Positions 11,028 through 21,823 of a DNA stretch of 24,293 nt are shown here, one piece after another. The notes beneath the pieces are model-generated. The model was not told the origin of the DNA. It made no database searches and worked only from the letters and a program-made list of their open reading frames with translations. The DNA comes from Chiloscyllium plagiosum (taxonomy: Eukaryota): assembly GCF_004010195.1 (NCBI RefSeq), contig NC_057711.1, positions 80,635,846 through 80,660,138 of the forward strand, written 5' to 3'. A program made the translations under genes and the position numbers. Each line of letters opens with the position of its first letter. Position 1 is the first letter of the stretch.

Positions 11028-14000
11028 TGTCACAAAGCTAGTTCTTTTTTTTCTAAAAGCTGTTCCTTGGCTCAAGGATACTCTATCCTTGATTTTTTTT
11101 CATTGGAGTAATAAACCGGGCCATGCTCCGATCAGTCTGGTTTAGTACAGAGATGAAAAGGATTTTGAAAGGCCTTTTGTTTATATGTAAACAGATGAGA
11201 CTTCAGGCCAAAGTGGTCATGTTTTAGAAGTGACCTGTATAATGAAAGGGGAGTGGTCAACTCTCTAGCTGAGCTGAGCAATTTCAATCACTCTGGAACT
11301 GGTTGGAGGTTCAACAGGGAGCTGTGTGGAACTTTCTCTCTCTTTTCTGCCCTTCAATTCAACCTGTAAGCATGTGTTCCATTTATACTGGTTTTTAAAG
11401 GGAGTTTGCTTATTGGGACTGTTGTGTGTATTCAGAACAACATAGTTATAGGGGTTCTTTATTCTGTTCTTTGTGTTTCATTATATTATTTGGTGAATCA
11501 ATTTTTGTCTAGTTTAAAATCTAGTAGTCAACCAAGCTAACTTACTCCGGGTAATTTTCACTGTACATTTACCAAAACAAATTGCAAAGTTATAAGACCA
11601 TAAGACATAGGAGTGGAAGTAAGGTCATTCGGCCCATCAAGTCCACTCCACCATTCAATAATGGTTGATGGGTATTTCAACACTACTTAACAGCACACTC
11701 CCTGTTACCCTTAATTCCTTACGAGATTAAGAATTAATCAATCTCTGCCTCGAAGACATTTAACGGCTCGGCCTCCACTGTGCTCCGTGGCAATAATTCC
11801 ACAGGCCCAACTCTCTGGCTGAAGAAATCTCTCCTCATTTCTGTTCTAAATTGACCCCCTCTAATTCTAAGTCTGTGCCCACAGGTCCTAGTCTCCCCAC
11901 TGAACAGAAACAAATTCCCAGCATCCACCCTTTCTAAGCCATGCATTATCTTGTACGTTTCAATTAGATCTCCCCTCAACCTTCTAAACTCTAATGAATA
12001 CAATCCCAGGATCCTCAGCAGTTCATCGTATGTTAGGCCTACCATTTCAGGGATCATCTGTGTGAATCTCCACGGGACACGCTCCAGTGCCAGTTTGTCC
12101 TTCCTGATGTGTGGGGCCCAAAATTAGACACAGTACTCTAAATGAGGCTGAATTAGAGCTTTATAAAGTCTCAGGAGCACATCACTACTTTTATATTCCA
12201 ACCCTCTTGAGATAAATGACAACATTACATTTGCTTTCTTAACCACCATGGACTCAACCTGCAAGTCAATCCTTAGAGAATCCTGGACTAGCACCCCCAA
12301 ATTCCTTTGTACACCATTTAGAAAATAATCCATGTCTGTATTTTTTTTCCAAAGTGCAAAACCTTGCATTTGCTCACGTTGAATTTCATCAGCCATTTCC
12401 TGGACCACTCCTCTAAACTGTCTAAATCTGCAGCCTCCCCGTCTCCTCAGAACTACCTGCCTGTCCGCCTAACTTCGTATCATTGGTGAACTTCGTCAGA
12501 ATTCCCCCAGTCCCTTCATCCAGATCATTAATATACAAAGCGAACAGCTGTGGCCCCAACAATGAATCCTGTGGGACACCACTTGTCACTAGCTGCCATT
12601 CCGAAAAATAACCTTTTATCCCTACTCTCTGCCTTCTTCAGACAGCCAATCCCCAATCCATGCCAGTAGCCTTACCTTGAACACTATGGGCCCTCACCTT
12701 ACTCAGCAGCCTCCCATGAGCACCTTATCAAGGGCCTTTGGAAGTCTAGATAGATAACATCCACTCGGTTCCCTGGTCTAACCTACTTGTTACCTTTTCA
12801 AAGAATTCTAACAGGTTTGTCAGGCATGACCTCCCCTTAATAAATCCATGTTGACATGTTCTAATCCAACCCTGCACTTCCAAGAATTTAGAAATTTCAT
12901 CCTTACCAATGGATTTTAGAACTTTTCCTACAAACTGAGGTTAGGCTAATCGGCCTACAATTTTCCATCTTTTGTCTTGATCTTTTGTTGAACAAGGGGG
13001 TTACAACAGCGATTTTTCAATCATCTGGGACTTTCCCTGACCCCAGTGATTTTTGAAAGATCACAACCAAATCCTCAGCCACTTCCCTCAGAACTCTAGG
13101 ATATAGCCAATCGGGGCCAGGAGATTTATCAATTTTCAGACCTTTTAGCTTTTCTAGTACTTTCTTTTTTGTTATGGCTACCATACTCTACACTACCCCC
13201 TGACTCCCCTCATTTGTTGGGATATTACTCATGTCTTCCACTGTAAAGACTGACACAAAGTACTTATTAAGTTCTTCAGCTGTTTCCTTATCTCCCATCA
13301 CTAGCCTTCCTGCATCAGTTTGGAACAGCCCAATTTCTACTTTTGCCTCTCGTGTATTTCCTATGTATTGAAGGAAACTTGCACTATCATTTCTAATATT
13401 ACTGGCTAGCTTACCTTCTTATTTGATCCTTCCCTTCCTTATTTCTCTCTTTGTTACTCTTCCCAATCTTCTGATTCCCAGTGCTCTTGGCCACTTTATA
13501 GGCTCTCTCTCTTTCTTTGAAATATTTCCTGACTTGCATTGTCAGCCATGGCTATTTAATCCCCTTGCCCCCCACCCTGGATAATCTTTCTTTCCTTTGG
13601 GATGAACCTCTGTACTGTGTCCTCAACTACATCCAGAAACTCCTGCCATTGTTGTTCTACTGTCTCCCCACTAGGCTCTGTTCCAGTCAATTTCCGTCAG
13701 TTCCTCTCTCATGCCCCTGTAAATACCTTTATTTAACTGTAACACCATTACACCCGACGTTGCTTTCTATTTTTCAAACTGCAGACTAAACTCTACCATA
13801 TTATAATCACTGCCTCCTAAGTGTTCCCTTACTTTAACATCTTTTATAAAGTCTGACTCATTATATAACACTAAATCCAGAATAGCCTGCTCCCTTGTGG
13901 GCTCCATCTCAAGCTGTTCCATAAAGCCATCCTGTAAGCATTCCATGAATTCCCTTTTTTTGGATCCATCGGCAACATTATTCACCCAGTCCATTTGCAT

Positions 14001-14894
14001 ATTGAAGTCCCCCATGATCACCATGACCTTGCCTTTCTGACATGTCCTATCTATTTCCTGGTACATCTTGCGCCCCTGGTTCTGACCACTGCTTGGAGGT
14101 CTGTGCATAACTTCCATTATGTTTCCTTTTGCCTTTGTGGTTCCTGAACTCCACCCACAAAGACTCCACATCATCTGACCTTATGTCATTCAGTGCCATA
14201 GATTTAATCTCATTCTTAACTAACAAGGTAACCCCACCCCCTCTGCCCACCTCCCTGTCTTTTCAATAAGTTGTAAATCTTTGTATGTTCAACTGCCAGT
14301 CCTGAACCCTCTGCAACCATGTCTCTGTAATGCCTACCACATCATAATCATTCACGATGATTTTTGCCGTTTATTCATCTACTTTGTTGCAAATACTATG
14401 AGCATTCAGGTAAAGCGCCTTAATGCTAAAGTTATCCTTCCTTTTTGCTTCATTCCTAGTCTGCCTTGAACTTAAACCCTGCACACATGCTAACCTGCTG
14501 CTTATCTTTCTACTTGACTCCATACTCCCTGTTGCTTTCCCTTTCTCCTGACTAAAAGTTTAAAATCCTAGTGACCACCCTATGTATCCTTTTGACTAGA
14601 ACACTGGTTCCAGATTGGTTCAGGTGGACACCGTCCCATCGGTACAAACCCCCCAGTTCCAAAACTGATGCCAATGTGCCATGAAATGAAATCCCTCTTT
14701 TCCACACTAATCTTTAGCTACATGTTTACTTCCCTAACTTTCCTATCCCTATGTCAATTAGCACATGGCTTGGGCAGTAATCCAGAGATTATGACCCTCG
14801 AGAACCTGTTCTTCAATTTCCTTCCTAGTGCTTGATACATAGTCTGGGCTGCCTGCTTAAGAATGTTTTGAGCGGTTTGGCTTAGTCCATAACA
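11028..14894 (+). repeat. 5' LTR (~620 bp: 11028-11594 plus 14842-14894), interrupted by a CR1 LINE
   Basis: Colinear with the 3' LTR. AATTGCAAAGTTAT|...|AGTCTGGGCTGC matches the uninterrupted AATTGCAAAGTTATGGTCTGAGCTGC at 22331-22356. Confidence 0.93.
11595..14838 (-). mobile_element. 3.2-kb CR1 LINE: ORF1 esterase C-terminus, near-complete decayed ORF2 (APE endonuclease + RT) and 3' tail
   Basis: ORF1 SGNH-type 'WDGVHLNQSG' (DGVHLN at 14618-14635). APE motifs 'GRGGGVTLLVK', 'MGDFN', 'PTREQAILDLVL', 'LGGSDYNMVEF' (13767-14250). RT 'SGVPQDSLLGP' (~12552-12583) and 'LYKALIQPHLEYCV'. C-terminal 'LGLYSLEFRRLRGDLIETYKI'. Tail CATAAGAC repeats at ~11592-11610. ATA is present at both junctions. 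Confidence 0.96.
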
Positions 14895-14897
14895 GAC

Positions 14898-14916
14898 TGG
14901 GGACTATTTGTGGGAT
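14898..14916 (+). other. Degenerate primer-binding site, probably tRNA-Pro type
   Basis: TGGGGACTATTTGTGGGAT lies 3 nt after the 5' LTR end and resembles TGGGGGCTCGTCCGGGAT with several mismatches. Confidence 0.55.
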
Positions 14917-14987
14917 TGTAGACAGTGAGTGGTAGATGCTAGTATCTTTATTTCAGGTGTTGGTTGGTTGGGTAGACAAAGCTCGGG

Positions 14988-16200
14988 ATGGGAATGGCTC
15001 TTTCAGTCACTAAAAGTTTTCTGGAAGTGGTGATTTTACAAGTTTTACAAAAGACCAAGTTGCAAGAATTAGCAGAGAAGCTGGAATTGAAACTGTCTGC
15101 TTTTGTGAGGAAAGGAGAGATAATTACAGCAGTAGCTCAGTATTTTTTGGGGAAACCATCAGAATCTATAGAGATGACAAGAATTCAATTGCAAATGAAG
15201 CAGTTTGAGTTAGAGGTGAGAGGTAAGGAAAGGTCAATAGAAGTGAAACAGTTTGAATTATGATTAGAAGCAGAAGAGAGGGAAAAAGAGAGAACAGAAC
15301 AGGAAAAAGAGAGAGCTTTTGAACTTCAAAACTAACACTTGAAAAGGAAAGGCAGCTTAAAAGGCTGGAGTTAAAGGCTGAGGGTAGGCTTAGTGAGGAA
15401 GAGAGTGAGGAGAGCAAGGCCCTGGTGGTCAGAAGCCCAGTGAGAAACTGTTTAAGAATGTTCAAGCATCGCCTAAATTTGATGAAAAGCATATGGATGC
15501 CTTTTTCATTACATTTGAAAAGGTAGCTAAACAAATGCAGTGGCCAGTGGCAATGCGGGTTTTGTTGATCCAAATGAAACTTGTAGGTCGGGCTACTGAG
15601 GTATTCATATCACTATCAGAGGAGGTATTTAGTGAGTATGAGGAAGTGAAAAAAGCCATTTGAAGTGCATATGAGCTTGTACCAGAAGCTTATAGACAAC
15701 ATTTCAGGAGTCTAAGGGGGGATCCTGGTCAAACAAATATTGAGTTTGAAAGGATCAACCAGAGTAATTTCAATAGATGGATAAGAGCTTTAAAAATCAA
15801 GCAAACCTATGATGCTCTAAGAGAGGTAATTATTTTGGAAGAATTCAAAAATTTACTGCCTGAGGTAGTGCAAACTCATGTGGAAGAGCAGAAACTTAAA
15901 ACAGCAAGGTTCGCAGCTGAAGTGGCTGATGATTATGAGCTGGTCCATAAAACATGGTTTGGCTTCCAGAATTAATTTCAGTCCATGAGGGACATAAATT
16001 GGGCAAATAGAAATCCTCACATGGAAAGGGAAAGGTAGATCTCAGTGAAGATCATAAGGATAACTTACCACAGGGTAAAAACGAAACCCTTGAGGGGGAC
16101 AAAGAAGTTAAAAAGCTTTGGTGTTTTCATTGTAATAAAGTAGACCACACAAAATCACAGTGTTGGTGGGCGAGGGAAAAGCCAGCTGTAGGAAAACTGG
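14988..16200 (+). pseudogene. gag: Gag remnant: helical N-terminus, E/K-rich coiled coil, capsid with SCAN-like C-terminal domain, CCHC zinc knuckle
   Basis: 'PKFDEKHMDAFFITFEKVAKQMQWP' (~15472-15546). 'PEAYRQHFRSL...FNRWIRA...LREVIILEEFKNLLPEVVQTHVEEQK...AAEVADDYELVH' (15682-15948). 'CFHCNKVDHTKSQC' (16122-16163). Internal stops. Confidence 0.9.
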
Positions 16201-16286
16201 ACAAGCCTGGGAGTTTTGTTGGACTAGTAACAAAATACACAAGGGAAGTTAGACAACTGCCTCAGAGTGTACAAGATAATTAGAGG

Positions 16287-16640
16287 TTGGTTGAGGAGGA
16301 AGTGCCAGATCTGCTTAAAAAATATGCATGCAAGGGTAAAGCTTATTCACATAGGCCAGGAGTAACACATAAGGAGGTTACAATATTAAGGGACACAGGA
16401 TCCTCTCAGTCTGTAATGCTGAAGGAGGAGCAGATGTGCACTCCTGAGGGACTATTGTCAGAAAAGGTACTGATTACAGGAATTCATGGTGAGACAAAAA
16501 GTGTTCAATTATGTAAAGTGACATTACAGAGTCCAGAGAAGAGTGGAGAATTTGTGGTAGGAGTACTGGACGAACTCTCAGCTCCAGGAATATAATATGT
16601 CCTTGCAAATGATATAGCTGATTCACTGGTAGGCATGCTG
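16287..16640 (+). pseudogene. pol: Retroviral-type aspartic protease remnant
   Basis: 'VTILRDTGSSQSV' with catalytic DTG at 16392-16400, followed by 'LITGIHG'. Confidence 0.9.
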
Positions 16641-17904
16641 CCTACTCTAGTTGAAATGCCAGTGGAGACGCAGGCAACTGATGACCTGGAGAATGTTTAT
16701 CCTGGAATTTACCCTGATTGTGTGGTCACAAGATCACAGAGGCACAAGTTGAAGCAGGAGAGATCAAAACACAAAGATAAGGAAGCTGACATAGTGTTAT
16801 CTAAAACTTTCTTTGATCAGATAAGTGGAACAGAGAAGGAACAATTAGGTAAACATGCCAGTATCTTTAGTTCGGCTAAGCTGATTGAATTACAGCAGAA
16901 AAATGAGGAGTTAGAACAGTTATATCAAAAGGCATTTACAGAGAAAGAAAGTCAATACATTCCAGTGTGTTATGACTTAACAAATTATGTCTTAATGAGG
17001 AAATGGAGACCATCACACACTTAAGCAGATGAGAAATAGGCAGAGATTCATCAAATTGCTTTGCCAGAAGGGTATAGAAGGGAGGTGCTGCGAGTAGCAC
17101 AACAGCTACTACTTGGAGGTCATTTAGGATTGAGAAAAACACAGGCTAAAATATAAAAACATTTTTACTGGCCTGGACTACAAAAGGATGTAGTTGAATT
17201 TTGCCCGACATGTCATACATGTCAGCTAATTGGAAAACCACAAGCAATAATAAAACCTGTACCTTTAATACCTATTCCAGCATTTGAGGAACCTTTCACA
17301 AGAGTCTTGATTGATTGTGTCGGTCCCCTACCTCAAACAAAAAGTAGGAATAAGTATTTATTAACAATAATGAAAGTATCGACTAGATTTCCAGAGGCAC
17401 TACACACCATCACAGTTAAAAGGGTTGTTGAAGAATTAATTTTTTTACTAGAAATGGACTACCAATAGATCAAGGATCAAACTTCACATCCAAACTATTC
17501 AAGGAGGTTATAGATAACTTGGGAATAAAGCAATTCAAATCTACTGCATACCATCTGGAATAACAGGGAGCACTAGAGAGATGGCATCAAACACTAAAGA
17601 CCATGTATGGTCAGGATTATCCATATGATTACGATAAGGGATTTCCATATGTACTTTTTGTGATCAAAGATGCACCAAATGAATCGACCAAATTCAGTCC
17701 ATTTGAATTAATTTTGGGGCTTGAAGTAAGAGGACGTTTAAATTGATTGAGGAGAAATTAATAAGTCAGAATTCAGAGACCACCCATTTGGACTATGTGC
17801 CAAATTTTAGAGATAGATAAAATAGAGCTGGAGAGTTGGCTAGACAGCATTTAAAAGTATCACAGCATAAAATGGAACAGGAAGCAGATAAGACATCACA
17901 AATT

Positions 17905-17951
17905 GGGCGGCACGGTGGCACAGTGGTTAGCACTGCTGCCTCACAGCCCCT
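17905..17951 (+). mobile_element. 47-bp 5' head of an HE1-like SINE between two identical 79-bp direct repeats
   Basis: GGGCGGCACGGTGGCACAGTGGTTAGCACTGCTGCCTCACAGC matches 1521-1563. Repeats are 17826-17904 and 17952-18030. Confidence 0.9.
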
Positions 17952-18088
17952 AGCTGGAGAGTTGGCTAGACAGCATTTAAAAGTATCACAGCATAAAATG
18001 GAACAGGAAGCAGATAAGACATCACAAATTCACAATTTTGCAATGGGGGTTACTTCCAGTAATAGGTGAGCCTTTAAAAGCAAGGTTT

Positions 18089-18209
18089 GTACATGAGGGT
18101 GGGTTGGGATTATTTTTTACTTGGATTTTTTTTGTACTGTTTTGAATTGTATTGTTTTGTACTTGTATTATTAAAAAATCTATTTTTTCAATAAAAATAT
18201 ATTTTTAAA
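18089..18209 (+). mobile_element. 121-bp retroposed 3'-UTR-like fragment (L1/Tx1-type insertion)
   Basis: 13-bp TSD AAAAGCAAGGTTT (18076-18088, 18210-18222), target TTT/AAAA, T-rich body, AATAAA at 18190-18195, short A-tail. Confidence 0.8.
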
Positions 18210-18570
18210 AAAAGCAAGGTTTAGTGGACCGTATCAAATTGAAGAGAAATTGAGTGAGGTGAACTACTTGATATGGACTCCAGAAAGGAAGAAATCTCAC
18301 CGAGTGTCAAGTGAATATGCTCAAAAGGTATTTTGATAGGGAAGGAAAGCAAGAGGAGAAGGTATTAATGATTACAGTACAGAAGGAAGAAGCAAGTCCA
18401 GAGGATTCTGAATTGGACATTCCTCAACTCAAATTGGACAATGAGGAAGTTGTCAAAAATTGGGATAAATTATTGAGTTACCTTCCACAAAAAAATTGAA
18501 ATGACCCGAAAGAGTTATTACTATCACATGGGAGATATGCGGAAATAAACTGGGAAGTACTAACCCAATT

Positions 18571-19840
18571 GTGCATGATGTAGACATGGGAGATGATGTT
18601 CCGATTAAGGAACACCCTTACCGGCATAACCCTCTAAAGTTGGCACAGATTCAGAAGGAGATAAAGCGCATGCTCCAAGATGGCATAATCAAAGTATGTT
18701 ATAGTGACTGGAGCTCAACCATAGTCATGGTGCCAAAGCCAGATGGTACCCAACAGTTAAGTGTGGACTATCACAAAGTCAACGCCGTTACAAAAACTGA
18801 TGCATAAAAATTCTACAGTTGGAGGACTGTATCGAAAAAGTGGGATAAACAACTTACATTTCAAAGTTGGACTTGCTTAGAGGCTACTGGCACATACCTC
18901 TGTCAGAGAGAGCAAAGGCAATTTTGACTTTTGTTACGCCAAATGGACTCTATCAGTTCAATCATGCCACTTGATGTGAAAAATGCTCCAGCCACGTTTC
19001 AGAGACTGACTATTAAGGTCATTGCCAGATTACCCAGTTGCATGGTGTATATTAATGACCTGGTGATTTTTAGTCACTCATGGAAGGAACATTTATAGCA
19101 TTTATTGGACTTGTTCGATCGACTTCGGACGGCAGGCTTGGTGGTAAATCTAGCTAAAAGTGAATTTACCAAAGCCCAAGTCATCTTCCTGGGCCATGTT
19201 ATTGGACATGGACAAATGGCTCCATGGGATGCGAAAACAAAAGTAATTGGGGAATTTCCCACATCATCAATGAGAAAAGTAGTACTATGGTTACCGGGGT
19301 TGAGTGAATTTTACCGAACGTTTATGCCAAACCTTAGCAGTGTGGCTGCTTCACTCACCGAATTGTTAAAAAAGGCAAGAAGTTTCAGTGGACAGCAGAC
19401 TGTCAAAAGGCATTTGACAGCCTAAAAACTGTGTTAACCACTGCCCCAGTATTAACCACACCAGATTACATGAAGCCTTTCAAGTTGGCTATCGGTGCCA
19501 GTGATGTGGGTGTCGGTGCAGTGCTCCTGCAGGAGGATGACGAGGGGATTGAAAGACCAATCAGGTATTTTTCCAGGAAGTTGAACATTCGTCAACAGAA
19601 ATATGCAATGGTGGAGAAAAAGACTTTAAGCTTGGTGTTGGCATTACAATGTTTCAGTGTTTATATTACCAGCAATGCATCTGAGACAATCACAACCCAT
19701 TGACATTTGTGGAACAACTTTAGGACAAAAATGCCAGACTGTTTAGATGGAGCTTGTTGTTGCAGCCGTTCAATTTGACAAATGTGTATGTGGCAGGTCG
19801 CGAAAACGTGATTGCTGATGCGTTACCGAGGCTAGAATGA
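18571..19840 (+). pseudogene. pol: Reverse transcriptase and RNase H remnant (Ty3/Gypsy type)
   Basis: 'HDVDMGDDVPIKEHPYR...SDWSSTIVMVPKPDGTQQLSVDYHKVNAVT', 'KLDLLRGYWHIPL', 'KNAPATFQRL', decayed YxDD as YIND (19048-19059), 'FLGHVIG'. RNase H 'LAIGASDVGVGAVLLQ...RPIRYFSRKL'. Terminal 'GRENVIADALPRLE*' with stop at 19838-19840. Confidence 0.94.
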
Positions 19841-20006
19841 AATATGGAGGCATTCGATAGTGCGTGTACCGCGGTCTGATTTGCACGTGGTTGTACATGT
19901 TTGCATGTTTATAGCTAGTATAGTGTATATGTGTGTTTAGACTACTAACCAGGTTTTGAAAGGTTAAACATGAAGCCATCTTTTGGTACAGATGGTTCTA
20001 TTTTTT

Positions 20007-20017
20007 AAAGGGGGAGG
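20007..20017 (+). other. Polypurine tract
   Basis: AAAGGGGGAGG immediately precedes the TG of the 3' LTR. Confidence 0.88.
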
Positions 20018-20211
20018 TGTCACAAACCTGGTCCTTTTTTATATAAAAGCTGTTCCTTGGCTCAAAGATATGCTGTCCTTGACTTTTCTCAGCATGGTCT
20101 GGGCTTCAAGCAGTCTGGTTTGGTACAGAGATGAAAAGAATTTTGAGAGGCCTTTTGTTTATCTGTAAACAGATGAGACTTCAGGCCATAGTGGTCATGT
20201 TTTAGAAGTGA

Positions 20212-20347
20212 AAGGGAGGACTGCAGATGCTGGAGATCAGAGCTGAAAATGTGTTGCTAGAAAAGCGCAGCAGGTCAGGCAGCATCCAAGGAACAGGAGA
20301 ATTGACGTTTCAGGCATAAGCCCTTCTTCAGGAATGAGGAAAGTGTG
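20212..20347 (-). mobile_element. 136-bp solo Penelope family A pLTR 3' end with hammerhead motif
   Basis: 11-bp TSD TTTAGAAGTGA (20201-20211, 20348-20358); the 5' LTR shows the empty site. Minus strand reads CTGAAGA-A-GGGC/TTAT/GCCT-GAAAC-GTC at 20304-20331. Confidence 0.9.
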
Positions 20348-20716
20348 TTTAGAAGTGACCTGTATAATGAAAGTGGAGTGGTCAAATCTCTAGCTGACTT
20401 GAGCAATTTAATTCAGTCTGGAGCTGGTTGGAAGTTCAACAGTGAGCTGTGTGGAAACTCTCTCTCTCTTTTCTGCCCTTCAACTTCAACCTGTAAATAT
20501 GTGTTCCATTTATACTGTTTTTTTAAAGGGAGTTTGCTTTTTGGGACTGTTGTTTATCTTCAGAACAACATAATTAAGTCTAGTTGGATAGGCTGAGTTC
20601 TGTAGGGGTTCTTTATTCTTTGAGGAGAAAGTGAGGTCTGCAGATGCTGGAGATCAGAGCTAAAAATGTGTTGCTGGAAAAGCGCAGCAGGTCAGGCAGC
20701 ATCCAAGGAACAGGAG

Positions 20717-20752
20717 AATCAACGTTTCGGGCATAAGCCCTTCTTCAGGAAT
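20717..20752 (-). ncRNA. Minimal hammerhead ribozyme motif (family A pLTR)
   Basis: Minus strand ATTC-CTGAAGA-A-GGGC/TTAT/GCCC-GAAAC-GTT-GATT; palindromic ACGT stem III; GUU triplet. Confidence 0.7.
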
Positions 20753-21018
20753 GAGGAAAGTTTGTCCAGCAGGCTAAGATAAAAGGTAGGGAGGAGGGAC
20801 TTGGGGGAGGGGCATTAGAAATGCGATAGGTGGAAGGAGGTCAAGGTGAGGGTGATAGGCCGAGTGGGGTGGGGGTGGAGAGGTCAGGAAGAAGATTGCA
20901 GGTTAGGAAGGCGGTGCTGAGTTCGATGGATTTGACTGAGACAAGGTGGGGGGATTTCCGACGCCCCTCCCCCAAGTCCCTCCTCCCTACCTTTTATCTT
21001 ACCCTGCTGGACAAACTT

Positions 21019-21823
21019 NNNNNNNNNNNNNNNNNNNNNNNNNNNNNNNNNNNNNNNNNNNNNNNNNNNNNNNNNNNNNNNNNNNNNNNNNNNNNNNNNN
21101 NNNNNNNNNNNNNNNNNNNNNNNNNNNNNNNNNNNNNNNNNNNNNNNNNNNNNNNNNNNNNNNNNNNNNNNNNNNNNNNNNNNNNNNNNNNNNNNNNNNN
21201 NNNNNNNNNNNNNNNNNNNNNNNNNNNNNNNNNNNNNNNNNNNNNNNNNNNNNNNNNNNNNNNNNNNNNNNNNNNNNNNNNNNNNNNNNNNNNNNNNNNN
21301 NNNNNNNNNNNNNNNNNNNNNNNNNNNNNNNNNNNNNNNNNNNNNNNNNNNNNNNNNNNNNNNNNNNNNNNNNNNNNNNNNNNNNNNNNNNNNNNNNNNN
21401 NNNNNNNNNNNNNNNNNNNNNNNNNNNNNNNNNNNNNNNNNNNNNNNNNNNNNNNNNNNNNNNNNNNNNNNNNNNNNNNNNNNNNNNNNNNNNNNNNNNN
21501 NNNNNNNNNNNNNNNNNNNNNNNNNNNNNNNNNNNNNNNNNNNNNNNNNNNNNNNNNNNNNNNNNNNNNNNNNNNNNNNNNNNNNNNNNNNNNNNNNNNN
21601 NNNNNNNNNNNNNNNNNNNNNNNNNNNNNNNNNNNNNNNNNNNNNNNNNNNNNNNNNNNNNNNNNNNNNNNNNNNNNNNNNNNNNNNNNNNNNNNNNNNN
21701 NNNNNNNNNNNNNNNNNNNNNNNNNNNNNNNNNNNNNNNNNNNNNNNNNNNNNNNNNNNNNNNNNNNNNNNNNNNNNNNNNNNNNNNNNNNNNNNNNNNN
21801 NNNNNNNNNNNNNNNNNNNNNNN
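21019..21823. other. Assembly gap (805 N)
   Basis: Continuous run of N. Confidence 1.

Larger units (their letters stand above)
17040..18345 (+). pseudogene. pol: Integrase remnant (HHCC, DDE core, GPY/F module), located upstream of RT
   Basis: 'GGHLGLRKT...HFYWPGLQKDVVEFCPTCHTCQ' (17115-17225), 'LIDCVGPLP' (D at 17313), 'DQGSNF' (17468), 'QGALERWHQTLK' (E at 17576), 'RFSGPYQI' (GPY at 18226-18234). Contains two secondary insertions. Confidence 0.93.

Noticed and set aside
17826..18030. Repeat-spacer-repeat pattern resembling CRISPR
   Set aside because: Only two 79-bp units, which are integrase-region coding DNA; eukaryotic context; no cas genes.
14988..19840. Functional or domesticated gag-pol gene, or endogenous retrovirus
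   Set aside because: Numerous stops and frameshifts, YxDD decayed to YIND, no env, and a Gypsy-type RT.
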